This document shows positions 1 to 8,939 of a DNA stretch of 32,000 nt, one piece after another. Numbering within the stretch: position 1 is the first letter of the stretch; each line of letters opens with the position of its first letter. Under the pieces are notes generated by a model that saw only the letters and a program-made list of their open reading frames with translations, searched no databases and had not been told where the DNA came from. The position numbers and the translations under genes were made by a program. Source of the stretch: Cenarchaeum sp. (GTDB lineage: Archaea; Thermoproteota; Nitrososphaeria; Nitrososphaerales; Nitrosopumilaceae); contig OY843584.1 of assembly GCA_963692915.1 (NCBI GenBank), positions 531,134 through 563,133 on the forward strand. The letters are read 5' to 3'.

Positions 1-632
1 CATGTGGGCATGACGCCAGTAACAAACAGCGTGCCGGCCTCACGGCGCCACCTCTTTGGGCTTGATGCGTCCTTTACCGTTCGCGTTCTAGTGCTCAGGC
101 CGGCACGACGGAATGCCGCTGCCCACTCTGAGCGTGACAGCAGGTGCATCGTTATTCCCATCTCGCGTGCCCACCAGCGTGTTGCGTGGTTCTCGGCATA
201 AAAGTCAGTTCCGCATATGAGCGTCGCGCCGGGCGCCATGAGGCGCACAGTTGCGTCGATCGCCTCATCAACAGAGTCCGCATAGTATAGCGACTCCATG
301 GAGAACACAATGTCAAACCTCCCGCGATACTTCCAGGACTCGATGTCCGTGGAGACATAGCGTTCGGTGCGACGCTCGGCTAGGCGCCTGGCCTCGCGAA
401 TCATGCCCGGACTCTTGTCAATTCCCACGGCTGCCCTGCAGAGGGGGTTTTGGGCCATGCGCCTCACGAGCCAGCCGTTGCCGCACCCCACGTCAAGAAA
501 CCGAAACGGCCCTGTGGGGCGCACCGTGGCAAGGCGCACCTTGACGGCCTTGCCGTGCTCGCGCTCCATCTTTTCAGCCCTGCCGTTGGTGGCCCACATG
601 TCAAACGTCTTCTTTACGCTGCCGGCAGCCAC
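1..632 (-). CDS. Class I SAM-dependent methyltransferase, C-terminus cut by the window edge; missing from the supplied ORF track in this frame
   Basis: Reverse strand reads ...VAAGSVKKTFDMWATNGRAEKMEREHGKAVKVRLATVRPTGPFRFLDVGCGNGWLVRRMAQNPLCRAAVGIDKSPGMIREARRL...FDIVFSMESLYY..., with the SAM-binding motif LDVGCGNG and an acidic post-II motif. Start GTG at 632 is a guess. Confidence 0.85.
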   Translation of the reverse strand, partial: MAAGSVKKTFDMWATNGRAEKMEREHGKAVKVRLATVRPTGPFRFLDVGCGNGWLVRRMAQNPLCRAAVGIDKSPGMIREARRLAERRTERYVSTDIESWKYRGRFDIVFSMESLYYADSVDEAIDATVRLMAPGATLICGTDFYAENHATRWWAREMGITMHLLSRSEWAAAFRRAGLSTRTRTVKDASSPKRWRREAGTLFVTGVMPT

Positions 633-730
633 TGCGTGGCGTCCTCCCAGCCCACTGCACTCACCAGAGATCCCCCTCTCCATCTCCACGCGCAGGTGTG
701 GACTAGGGTTTTATACCCACTTTCTGGCAC

Positions 731-1990
731 TTGTGCGCGTTGGCTGCACGCGGGTACAAGGTTCGCAATATTGGGCTCGCCTCGCGCGGACGCCTCTCCT
801 ACGAGTGGGCGCGCGACCACATGGTCATACTCAACAACACTATGGCACGCCTGCGACGCACAAGGCCACTGCGCGGCGTGACTGTGGGATTCTGCCTTCA
901 CATCACAAAGGAGACTGCGGTTCTCCTTCTTGCGGCCCGCGAGCTTGGCGCCACCGTTGCCGCATGCGCGGGCAACCCAATGTCCACACAGGACGACATT
1001 GCGGCGTTCCTGGCCAAGAGCGGCATCCACATGTACGCGTGGACAAACCAGACGCAAAAAGAGTATGACTCGTGCATAGCGAGCGTGCTGTCGCACAAGC
1101 CGTCCATTCTAGTAGATGACGGGGCTGACATGAACGTCATGGCCCACTTTGATCGCCGTTTTGCAGACCTTGGAATACTTGGGGCCACCGAGGAGACGAC
1201 TGCCGGAGTCTCGCGCATTCGCGCAGTTGAAAAGGCAGGCCGCCTGCGCTATCCGGTGATAATAGTAAATGATGCGCACACAAAGCACCTATTTGACAAT
1301 AGGCACGGAACTGGCCAGTCAACAGTAGACGCGCTCCTCCGCTCGGCCAACCTCCTTGTGGCATCAAAGCTCGTCGTCGTGGCCGGATACGGGTGGGTCG
1401 GCCGCGGCGTTGCGGCGCGCTGCCGCGGCCTGGGCGCGCGCGTCATTGTCACGGAGACGGATCCCGTAAGGGCACTCGAGGCTCACATGGACGGCTACGA
1501 GGTGACGAGGATGGCAGATGCCGCTCGCAGGGGCGAGATCTTTGTCACGTGCACCGGACAGACTGGAATTATAACAAAAAAGCACATAGTGACGATGCGC
1601 GATGGTGCCATACTCGCAAACGTTGGCCACTTTGACGTCGAGATTGACACAAAGTTCCTCCTTCGCCCACAACACAAGGTTAGGGAGGTCAGGCCTGGCC
1701 TTGACGAGTGCACGATAGGCGCCAAACGGCGCATCTACCTTGTGGGCAAGGGCCGGCTCGCAAACCTCGTTGCCGCCGAGGGCCACCCGCCTGAGGTCAT
1801 GGCCCAGTCGTTCTCAAACCAGCTCCTCTCGATACTCCACATACTGAAAAACCACGAGTCAATGGAGCGCACGCTCCATCGCGTTCCCGAGGAGATTGAC
1901 GTGCAAGTCGCGCGTGATGCGCTTGCGGCCATGGGCGTAAAGATAGACAACCTGACGCGCGAGCAGTCAAACTACGCAAACTCGTGGTGA
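731..1990 (+). CDS. ahcY: S-adenosylhomocysteinase (paralog 1, canonical residues)
   Basis: FCLHITKETAVLL, DDGADM, ATEETTAGV, VNDAHTKHLFDNRHGTGQST, VVAGYGWVGRG, LANLVAAEGHPPEVMAQSFSNQ, C-terminus EEIDVQVARDALAAMGVKIDNLTREQSNY. Start could be TTG 731 or TTG 740. Confidence 0.95.
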   Translation: MCALAARGYKVRNIGLASRGRLSYEWARDHMVILNNTMARLRRTRPLRGVTVGFCLHITKETAVLLLAARELGATVAACAGNPMSTQDDIAAFLAKSGIHMYAWTNQTQKEYDSCIASVLSHKPSILVDDGADMNVMAHFDRRFADLGILGATEETTAGVSRIRAVEKAGRLRYPVIIVNDAHTKHLFDNRHGTGQSTVDALLRSANLLVASKLVVVAGYGWVGRGVAARCRGLGARVIVTETDPVRALEAHMDGYEVTRMADAARRGEIFVTCTGQTGIITKKHIVTMRDGAILANVGHFDVEIDTKFLLRPQHKVREVRPGLDECTIGAKRRIYLVGKGRLANLVAAEGHPPEVMAQSFSNQLLSILHILKNHESMERTLHRVPEEIDVQVARDALAAMGVKIDNLTREQSNYANSW

Positions 1991-3246
1991 CCGTGGCGCG
2001 TGCGGCCGCCTCGCACATTCGCGACGCGCGCATGGGGAGGCGTGGACGAGTTTTGCACGAGTGGGCAGCATCACGGATGGGTGCGCTGCGCTGCGCGTCA
2101 GGCTCGTTTGCGCGATCCATGCCGCTTGACGGCCTGACAGTCGCATTCTGCCTGCAGCTGACCGCCGAGACGTCTGTTCTCGTGAGCGAGGCGATGCGCC
2201 TGGGCGCGCACGTCGTGGCATGTGCGGGCAATCCGCACACCACAGATGACGCAATTGCCGCACACCTTGTCTCAGAGGGCGCAACTGTCCATGCATGGGC
2301 GGGCCAGAGCGCACGCGAATTTCGCGTGTGCATTGCGCGCACTATGGCCTCGTCTCCGGACATTGTCGTCGATGACGGTGGTGAGCTCTCTGCTCTTGCG
2401 CACATGCCGGGGCGCGCTCCGCCGAAAATGCTCGGCGGGACAGAAGAGACGACCACGGGCGTGCGCAGGATGCGCGCGCTCTTGCGCGCACGCCGGCTCC
2501 ATTACCCGATAATCGCAGTCAATGACTCTCGCACAAAGTCCACCTTTGACAACGCACATGGGACGGGACAGTCAGCAGTTGATGCGCTCATGCGCTCATG
2601 CGGCCTCCTCTTTGCGCAAAAAACCATAGTGGTTGCCGGATATGGCCCTGTTGGCCGCGGCGTTGCGGCGCGCTGCTCCGGCCTGGGCGCACGCGTTATA
2701 GTCACAGAGACTGACGTGCTTCGCGCACTCGAGGCACACCTTGATGGCCACGAGGTCACAAGGATGGTCGATGCGGCGCGCAAGGGGGACATGTTTGTCA
2801 CGTGCACCGGACAGCGTGGGGTCATCACCGCACGCCACGTCTCGCTCATGCGCGACGGCGCAGTCCTCGCAAACGTTGGGCACTTTGACGTGGAGATTGA
2901 TGTTGCGGCATTGCGTGCTGCTGCGCTGAGAACTAGGCGACCTAGGCCACACGTCGAGGAGCTCACAATGCGCAACGGCCGCCGCGTCAACATTGTGGCC
3001 GGCGGATATGTCGCAAACCTCGTTGCCGCCGAGGGCCACCCGCCTGAGATAATGGACATCTCCTTTGCAAACCAGCTCCGCTGCATCGCGCACCTTGCTC
3101 TGCACTCGGGCTCGATGGCGCCCGGCCTGCACGCAGTTCCTGCCGAGATTGACTCTCGCGTGGCCATGGACGCACTCGATGCCGCAGGCGTGCGCATGGA
3201 CACTCGTGCGCACGGTGGGGCTGAAGCTTTTAAGCGCGCTACGTGA
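1984..3246 (+). CDS. S-adenosylhomocysteinase-like protein (paralog 2, divergent catalytic His)
   Basis: Same family: DDGGEL, GTEETTTGV, VNDSRTKSTFDNAHGTGQS, VVAGYGPVGRG, NLVAAEGHPPEIMDISFANQ. Start overlaps the paralog 1 stop. True start uncertain. Confidence 0.9.
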   Translation: MVTVARAAASHIRDARMGRRGRVLHEWAASRMGALRCASGSFARSMPLDGLTVAFCLQLTAETSVLVSEAMRLGAHVVACAGNPHTTDDAIAAHLVSEGATVHAWAGQSAREFRVCIARTMASSPDIVVDDGGELSALAHMPGRAPPKMLGGTEETTTGVRRMRALLRARRLHYPIIAVNDSRTKSTFDNAHGTGQSAVDALMRSCGLLFAQKTIVVAGYGPVGRGVAARCSGLGARVIVTETDVLRALEAHLDGHEVTRMVDAARKGDMFVTCTGQRGVITARHVSLMRDGAVLANVGHFDVEIDVAALRAAALRTRRPRPHVEELTMRNGRRVNIVAGGYVANLVAAEGHPPEIMDISFANQLRCIAHLALHSGSMAPGLHAVPAEIDSRVAMDALDAAGVRMDTRAHGGAEAFKRAT

Positions 3247-3256
3247 CGGGCAGACC

Positions 3257-4915
3257 ATGGCAGATAGGGCCATACTCACAAGCGCTCTGCCGTATGCCAA
3301 CGGCGAGATACACCTTGGCCATATAGCCTCGACGTACCTGCCGGCTGACGTTACAACACGACATCTGCGGCAGCGCGGAGTCGAGGCATACTATGTGTGC
3401 GCGACTGATGACTATGGCACGCCAATACTGATCCAGTCCGAGCGCGAGGGCAAGACGCCGGCTGACTATGTTGCAGAATGGAACGCGCGCGATGCGGCCG
3501 ACTTTGCGTCCCTTGACATACGCTTTGATGCGTTCTCCTCAACGAGCAGCCCGTCATGCGCGGCGTTTGTGCGCGACGTCTATTCGCGGCTTCGCGAGGC
3601 CGGCCACATCTATGAAAAGGAGATCGTGCAGCTCTACTGTGACAAGGACTCGATGTTCCTGCCGGATCGCTATGTCCATGGAACGTGCCCGCACTGCATG
3701 GCGCCAGACCAGTACTCTGACCTGTGCGAGTCGTGCGGCAAGGTTCCTGACAATATCCTTGACCCAAAGTGCTCTATCTGCGGCATGACGCCCCAAAAGC
3801 GCTCAACGACCCACCATTTCTTTGCGCTGAGCCACTTTGCTGACTCGCTGCGCGAATGGCTAGAGGGTGCTGACGGCCTGCAGCGCGACGTTCGAAAGTA
3901 TGTCCTCGACTGGATATCGCAGGGTCTGTCTGACTGGGACATCACGCGCGACATATCATGGGGAGTGAGCATTCCGGGCGACGAAAAGCGCGTCTTTTAC
4001 GGATGGTTTGACAACCACCTTGCGTACATATCGGCCACGCTCTCGGCCCTGGAGGAGCGTGGCATCGACGGCAAGGAGTTCTGGAACTCGGCTGATCTCT
4101 ACCACTTTATAGGAAAAGATATCGTGTACCACCACTTTCTCTTTCTGCCCGCAGTCCGGATGGGCATTGGAGGCGAGTTCAAGCTTCCGGTTCACATGCC
4201 CGTTCGTGGACACCTCACGCTAGGCGGCAAAAAGATATCAAAGAGCCGCGGATGGTACATATCAATTCGGGACTTTTTGTCGAACTATCCGGCAGACTAT
4301 CTGCGGTTCTACCTCCTCCTTGCGACTCCCTACTCGCAGGATGACCTCAACTTTGACTGGGACGACTTTGCGCTCCGCATAAACAAGGAGCTGGTCGGCA
4401 ACATCGGCAACTTTGTCCACCGTACGCTCTCGTTTACGGGCAAGTCATTTGACGGGCGCGTGCCGCAGCCTGACTCCGAGTCTGAAGCAGACGTGTCTGC
4501 GCGCCGTCAGATCGAGGGGCTAGCTGCCAGGGTCGGCGAGCTTGTCAGTGCCGGCCACCTTGATCGCGCGCTCAAGGAGATACTGGCATTCTCTGCGCAC
4601 TTTAACCAGTACTTTCAGCACTGTGAGCCCTGGAAGGGCGGTCCGGGCGCGCCGACCTGCCTGCATCTGTCGGCAAATGCGGTACGAAGCCTCGCCATTG
4701 CATTGTGCGCGTTCATGCCGTCCTCTGCGCAGCGCATGTGGGAGCAGCTCGGGGAGAAGGGCAGCGTTTCAGAACAGAAATGGGAATCAGCCTCCGAGAT
4801 CTCCCTTGGTGCAGGACACGCGATAGGCACCCCCAGCGCGCTCTTTGCAAAGGTTGATGCCACCGAGATTGATGGCCTAAAGGCATCTCTTGTAGGCAAC
4901 GCACACCCTGCGTGA
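3257..4915 (+). CDS. metG: Methionyl-tRNA synthetase
   Basis: MADRAILTSALPYANGEIHLGHIASTYLPADV (HIGH region), Zn-binding CPHC...CESC...CSICG, KKISKSRG (KMSKS region). ATG at 3257 is in frame in the 3065..4915 ORF. Confidence 0.96.
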   Translation: MADRAILTSALPYANGEIHLGHIASTYLPADVTTRHLRQRGVEAYYVCATDDYGTPILIQSEREGKTPADYVAEWNARDAADFASLDIRFDAFSSTSSPSCAAFVRDVYSRLREAGHIYEKEIVQLYCDKDSMFLPDRYVHGTCPHCMAPDQYSDLCESCGKVPDNILDPKCSICGMTPQKRSTTHHFFALSHFADSLREWLEGADGLQRDVRKYVLDWISQGLSDWDITRDISWGVSIPGDEKRVFYGWFDNHLAYISATLSALEERGIDGKEFWNSADLYHFIGKDIVYHHFLFLPAVRMGIGGEFKLPVHMPVRGHLTLGGKKISKSRGWYISIRDFLSNYPADYLRFYLLLATPYSQDDLNFDWDDFALRINKELVGNIGNFVHRTLSFTGKSFDGRVPQPDSESEADVSARRQIEGLAARVGELVSAGHLDRALKEILAFSAHFNQYFQHCEPWKGGPGAPTCLHLSANAVRSLAIALCAFMPSSAQRMWEQLGEKGSVSEQKWESASEISLGAGHAIGTPSALFAKVDATEIDGLKASLVGNAHPA

Positions 4916-4939
4916 GGAGCCGCATATGTGGTGTGACTG

Positions 4940-4959
4940 TGCCATGTTGTGGCATGGCA
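4940..4959 (+). terminator. Short hairpin downstream of metG, possible terminator or processing hairpin
   Basis: TGCCATG-TTGTGG-CATGGCA (7-bp stem) 25 nt after the metG stop, followed by GCCGTGGTTTT. Confidence 0.3.
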
Positions 4960-5194
4960 GCCGTGGTTTTCAAGAACCCGTTTGTAAAGAATAACACAGT
5001 TGTCTTGTACACACATCGTGTGCCCATCTGCAGCCCATACGAGGTTTGAGCACTCAATGGGTTCAATGCATGTGTCAGGTCGTCTGTGTGACGCACTTGA
5101 CATATTGCCCAACTCACCTGTGTGTGGGCTGTATCTGGCGCATCATGCCTCATCACAAAGGTACATAAGCTGACTCTGGGGAACCGCGCGTGAC

Positions 5195-5665
5195 GTGATA
5201 TCTCCAGGAGACGCGCTGCCTGACTTTGAGCTCGCCGATGCCGACGGCAACACATTCTCGTCAGCCGACCTTGCGGGCAAGAAATGCGCGATCTATTTCT
5301 ATCCAAAAGACTTTACGCCAGGCTGCACGACACAGGCCGACGAGTTTACGCGTGAGCACGCAAAATTCAAAAAGGCCGGCATAGTCATAGTGGGAATAAG
5401 CCCTGATGACGAAACGTCGCACAAGAAATTCTGCGCAAAGATGGGCATACCATACACGCTCCTTGCTGACACTGGCCACAAGGTCGCCGGCATGTTTGGC
5501 GTGTGGGGCAAGAAAAAGTTCATGGGGCGCGAGTACATGGGAGTCAACAGGACAACGTTCCTTGTTGGTGCCGATGGGGTGGTTCTTGACGTCCTCCAAA
5601 AGGTAAAGCCGGCTGGTCATGCAGAGCACGTCCTGGGTCTGTTTGCCGCCAAGCGCACACGTTAG
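5195..5665 (+). CDS. bcp: Peroxiredoxin, Bcp/PrxQ type
   Basis: MISPGDALPDFELADADGNTFSSADLAGKKCAIYFYPKDFTPGCTTQADEFTRE..., peroxidatic TPGCT motif. Confidence 0.93.
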   Translation: MISPGDALPDFELADADGNTFSSADLAGKKCAIYFYPKDFTPGCTTQADEFTREHAKFKKAGIVIVGISPDDETSHKKFCAKMGIPYTLLADTGHKVAGMFGVWGKKKFMGREYMGVNRTTFLVGADGVVLDVLQKVKPAGHAEHVLGLFAAKRTR

Positions 5666-5727
5666 CGATCCACGATCGATCATGCCTGAGCGCAACAGCT
5701 CAAGTTTTATGTGCGCAAGCCGGCCTC

Positions 5728-6111
5728 TTGCGCGTGGACGACTTTGAGCGCGAGTATCCGGGGTTTGACTGGAGGAACACGCCGGCGTATCGGCATCCTG
5801 GCGGCAAGGACTGTCCTTGCCCAAAGCACGAGTACATACGGGAGCAGATGCGGCACGCCGAGATGCTCAACGCGTCTGGCGAGCGCGGCGAGCGCGTCAC
5901 GCTAAAGTTTTGCCCTGATCACCATGACGTCTACTTTAATGAGGTTATCCCGTCCATGCCATTCAAGTTTCGCATGCTCACAAAGATTGCGCTAAAGGTT
6001 GGGGCGATCAACGTCGTAAAGCTAGGGCACATGCAGTCAGACCTGTGCTTTTACTGCCGGTTTGGCTCTGGCGGCCACGGCAAAAAGAGCGAGCTCCCGC
6101 CAGTGTCCTGA
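5728..6111 (+). CDS. Conserved hypothetical protein with paired Cys/His clusters
   Basis: LRVDDFEREYPGFDWRNTPAYRHPGGKDCPCPKHEY...LKFCPDHHD...LCFYCRFGSGG; TTG start uncertain. Confidence 0.6.
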   Translation: MRVDDFEREYPGFDWRNTPAYRHPGGKDCPCPKHEYIREQMRHAEMLNASGERGERVTLKFCPDHHDVYFNEVIPSMPFKFRMLTKIALKVGAINVVKLGHMQSDLCFYCRFGSGGHGKKSELPPVS

Positions 6112-6208
6112 ACAGCCCGTCATCTGCGCTCCCTGCGCACATGCGAAACCCGTCAAGATTGAGGCGTGCGCGCGTTAGGCTTATACCGACGCGTGCGGTG
6201 GCCACGGC

Positions 6209-7663
6209 GTGGCAATGGACAGTCTGGGCGACTTTGTCGACGCACTCGAGCGCGACGGCGAGCTGCGGCGCGTTAGCACCGAGGTGAGCACCGACCTTGA
6301 GATTGCCGAGATACTGCGACGCGTGACCTATGCGCACGGCCCGGCAGTGCTCTTTGAGAACGTTGCCGGAGGCGACATTCCGGTTCTTGGCAACGCGTTT
6401 GGCTCCATGCGCCGCTTGGAGATTGGACTCGGCACGGCTGACTTTGAGGGAATTGGCTCGCGCATTGCGGATCTTGCGCGCATGGAGGTGCCATCTGGCA
6501 TGCTCGGCAAGATCAAAAAGCTTCCAGAGCTCTCGCGCATGGGAGACGCGTTTCCAAAGGAGGTAAAGTCAGGCCCTGTCACCGAGATCGCCGGCGAGGG
6601 CTCATTGGCAGGCCTGCCGATCCTAAAGACGTGGCCCCACGATGCGGGACACTTTGTCACGTTTGGCCTCGTCGCGACAAAGCACCCTGACACGGGCACG
6701 TACAATCTTGGAGTCTATAGGATGCAGGTAGTCGATGACACGCACGCAATAATGCACTGGCAGCGCCACAAGCGCGGCGCACAGCACCACGAGGAGGCCG
6801 TCTCGCGCGGCCAGAGAACAGAGGCCGCAGTGATCATCGGCGCGGATCCCGCGACGGTGTTCTCTGCAGTGGCCCCTGTTCCTGAAGGCCTTGACAAGTA
6901 CCTCTTTGCCGGAATTGTCCGCAAGTCCGGAATTCGAACCGTTCGCTGCAGGACAGTCGACATTAACGTGCCGGCTACTGCCGAGATCGTCCTGGAGGGA
7001 TATGTCGACTCTGCTGACATGCGCGATGAGGGTCCCTTTGGCGACCACACGGGCTATTATACGCCAGTTGGCCGCTATCCGACATTCACAATCACCGGAA
7101 TGATGCGCCGCAAGCGGCCACTCTACCTTACGACCGTTGTGGGCAAGCCTGTCCTCGAGGACGCGTACATTGGCAAGGCCATAGAGCGCTCATTCCTGCC
7201 GCTCCTGCGCATGATGCAGCCCGAGATAGTCGACTTTGCGATGCCACCGGCCGGATGGTTTCACGGACTCGCCGTCGCCTCGATCAAAAAGCGCTACCCC
7301 GGCCAGGCCAAAAAGGTGATGATGGGACTCTGGGGCATGGGCCAGCTCTCTCTCACAAAGACCATAGTCGTCGTAGATGATGACATTGACGTCCATGACG
7401 TCAATGACGTCATGTGGGCAGTCACAACGCGCGCAGACCCAGCGCGTGACACGCTCATAGTGGACAATGCGCCAACTGACACGTTGGATCCCGCCTCTCC
7501 GCGCCCAAACCACGGCTCAAAGATGGGCATTGACGCGACGACAAAGACTCGCGAGGAGGGGCACATGCGTGAGGAGCAGGTTCAAGTTGCCGTCGACGAG
7601 CAGACGCGCTCGCTTGTCGAGTCTAGATGGGCAGCCTATGGGCTCGGCACGACTGGCGCGTAA
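6209..7663 (+). CDS. UbiD-family decarboxylase
   Basis: MDSLGDFVDALERDGELRRVSTEVSTDLEIAEILRR...GPFGDHTGYYTP...PVLEDAYIGKAIERSFLPLLRMMQPEIVDFAMPPAGWFHGLAVASIKKRYPGQAKKVMMGLWG, characteristic UbiD sequence. Confidence 0.93.
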   Translation: MAMDSLGDFVDALERDGELRRVSTEVSTDLEIAEILRRVTYAHGPAVLFENVAGGDIPVLGNAFGSMRRLEIGLGTADFEGIGSRIADLARMEVPSGMLGKIKKLPELSRMGDAFPKEVKSGPVTEIAGEGSLAGLPILKTWPHDAGHFVTFGLVATKHPDTGTYNLGVYRMQVVDDTHAIMHWQRHKRGAQHHEEAVSRGQRTEAAVIIGADPATVFSAVAPVPEGLDKYLFAGIVRKSGIRTVRCRTVDINVPATAEIVLEGYVDSADMRDEGPFGDHTGYYTPVGRYPTFTITGMMRRKRPLYLTTVVGKPVLEDAYIGKAIERSFLPLLRMMQPEIVDFAMPPAGWFHGLAVASIKKRYPGQAKKVMMGLWGMGQLSLTKTIVVVDDDIDVHDVNDVMWAVTTRADPARDTLIVDNAPTDTLDPASPRPNHGSKMGIDATTKTREEGHMREEQVQVAVDEQTRSLVESRWAAYGLGTTGA

Positions 7664-8754
7664 AAGTTGTCGCGCTCGACGGGCTCATAGCCTATCTGGC
7701 GCACGGATGCCTCTATTGCCTCGCCGCTGAGCTCCGTCGAGCGAGAGCCCGTGCACGAGACGACCTCCTCGCCAATGAGCGTGCCGCCAAAGTCGTCTGC
7801 GCCGTACTCTAGGGCAAGCTGCGCCATGCCGACGCCGTTTGTGAGCCATGACGACTGGAGATGCGGTATGATCGAGTCAAAGATAATCCGCGATATGGCG
7901 ATCATCTTTAGCAGGCGCGCGCCACCGGCGCCGTGTGTGACGGTTCCCTCTTCGGCAAGCTGCGTGTTGTTTGGCTCAAAGTTCCACGGTATGAACGCCA
8001 TGAACCCGCGCGTCTTCTCCTGCAGTCTCGCTATGCGCTCAATATGCTCGGCAATCTCGCCGGGCTCCTCGACGTGGCCGTACATCATGCTAGCCGAGGC
8101 CGGCATTCCGAGGTCGTGGCACTCCTCCATTATGCGAATCCACTCCGAGCTCGTTATCTTTTTTGGGCTGATTATGTCCCTCACGCGGTCAGTGAGTATC
8201 TCGGCTCCGGCTCCGGGCATGGACTGCATGCCTGAGTCCTTTAGCCTCGAGAGAACCTCTCGCGTGGATGACTTTGACACGCGCGCTATCATGTCTATCT
8301 CTGAGGCAGACAGCGCATGAACGCCAACCTTTGGGAACTCTGCGCGCATCATCGAGAAGGCCTCCTCATAGTACTCGATCGGCAGATTGGGGTTGTGACC
8401 ACCCTGTATGAGAACCTGCCTTATGCCAAATGCCTCCCACGCCGTCTTTACGCGTGCCCTGATCTGGTCTAGCGTGAGCGTGTATGCCTCATCATCGCCG
8501 GGAGGCCTGTAGAACGCGCAGAACTTGCAGTCCGTGACGCAGACGTTGGTATAGTTGAGTATGATATTGTTGACGTATGTCACCTTCTTTCCAAAGCGCC
8601 TGCGCACAAGGTGGTTTGCCACCATGCCCATCAGCTCCGACTCGTCTGACTCTAGGAGCCTAAGGCAGTCCTCGCGCGATGGCCGCGCGCCGGCGATCGC
8701 CGACTCGAGAATGTCGCCAATGTCAGAGCTGACCTGCTCCACAAGCTGCCTCAA
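7636..8754 (-). CDS. mqnC: Radical SAM protein of the MqnC/CofH group (dehypoxanthine futalosine cyclase-like)
   Basis: NYTNVCVTDCKFCAFYRPPGDDEAYTLTLDQI (CxxxCxxC), QGGHNPNLPIEYYEEAF, GAGAEILTDRVR. A TATA-like TTAAATATAG near 8780 favours a start near TTG 8754 rather than the ORF maximum at 8958. Confidence 0.88.
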   Translation of the reverse strand: MRQLVEQVSSDIGDILESAIAGARPSREDCLRLLESDESELMGMVANHLVRRRFGKKVTYVNNIILNYTNVCVTDCKFCAFYRPPGDDEAYTLTLDQIRARVKTAWEAFGIRQVLIQGGHNPNLPIEYYEEAFSMMRAEFPKVGVHALSASEIDMIARVSKSSTREVLSRLKDSGMQSMPGAGAEILTDRVRDIISPKKITSSEWIRIMEECHDLGMPASASMMYGHVEEPGEIAEHIERIARLQEKTRGFMAFIPWNFEPNNTQLAEEGTVTHGAGGARLLKMIAISRIIFDSIIPHLQSSWLTNGVGMAQLALEYGADDFGGTLIGEEVVSCTGSRSTELSGEAIEASVRQIGYEPVERDNFYAPVVPSP

Positions 8755-8939
8755 TGACGCGATTGGGGCATCGCCTCTATATTTAATCTTGGGAGGCTGC
8801 ACGTGGACTGCTGGCGCACGGTCTGGCGATCGGCGGCCTGCGAGCCTGCAGGCGGTTCCAGATGGTACGTTCAGGGCATGCGGCAACGGCCGGCATTGCG
8901 CAGCAGACGGGCAATGGGGTAAGATTTGGCAGGCGCGAT

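Noticed and set aside
2502-3203. Long minus-strand ORF opposite AHCY paralog 2, and similar long antisense ORFs (1364-1786, 2596-3300, 16131-16835, 12649-13182, 19756-20082)
   Set aside because: High-GC DNA keeps the antisense frames open. The opposite strands carry clear conserved proteins or RNase P RNA; these translations show no recognisable motifs.
4916-5194. Intergenic region between metG and bcp as an SRP/5S-like ncRNA
   Set aside because: Apart from a 7-bp hairpin I could not find the conserved SRP helix 8 or 5S motifs; a covariance-model scan is needed.
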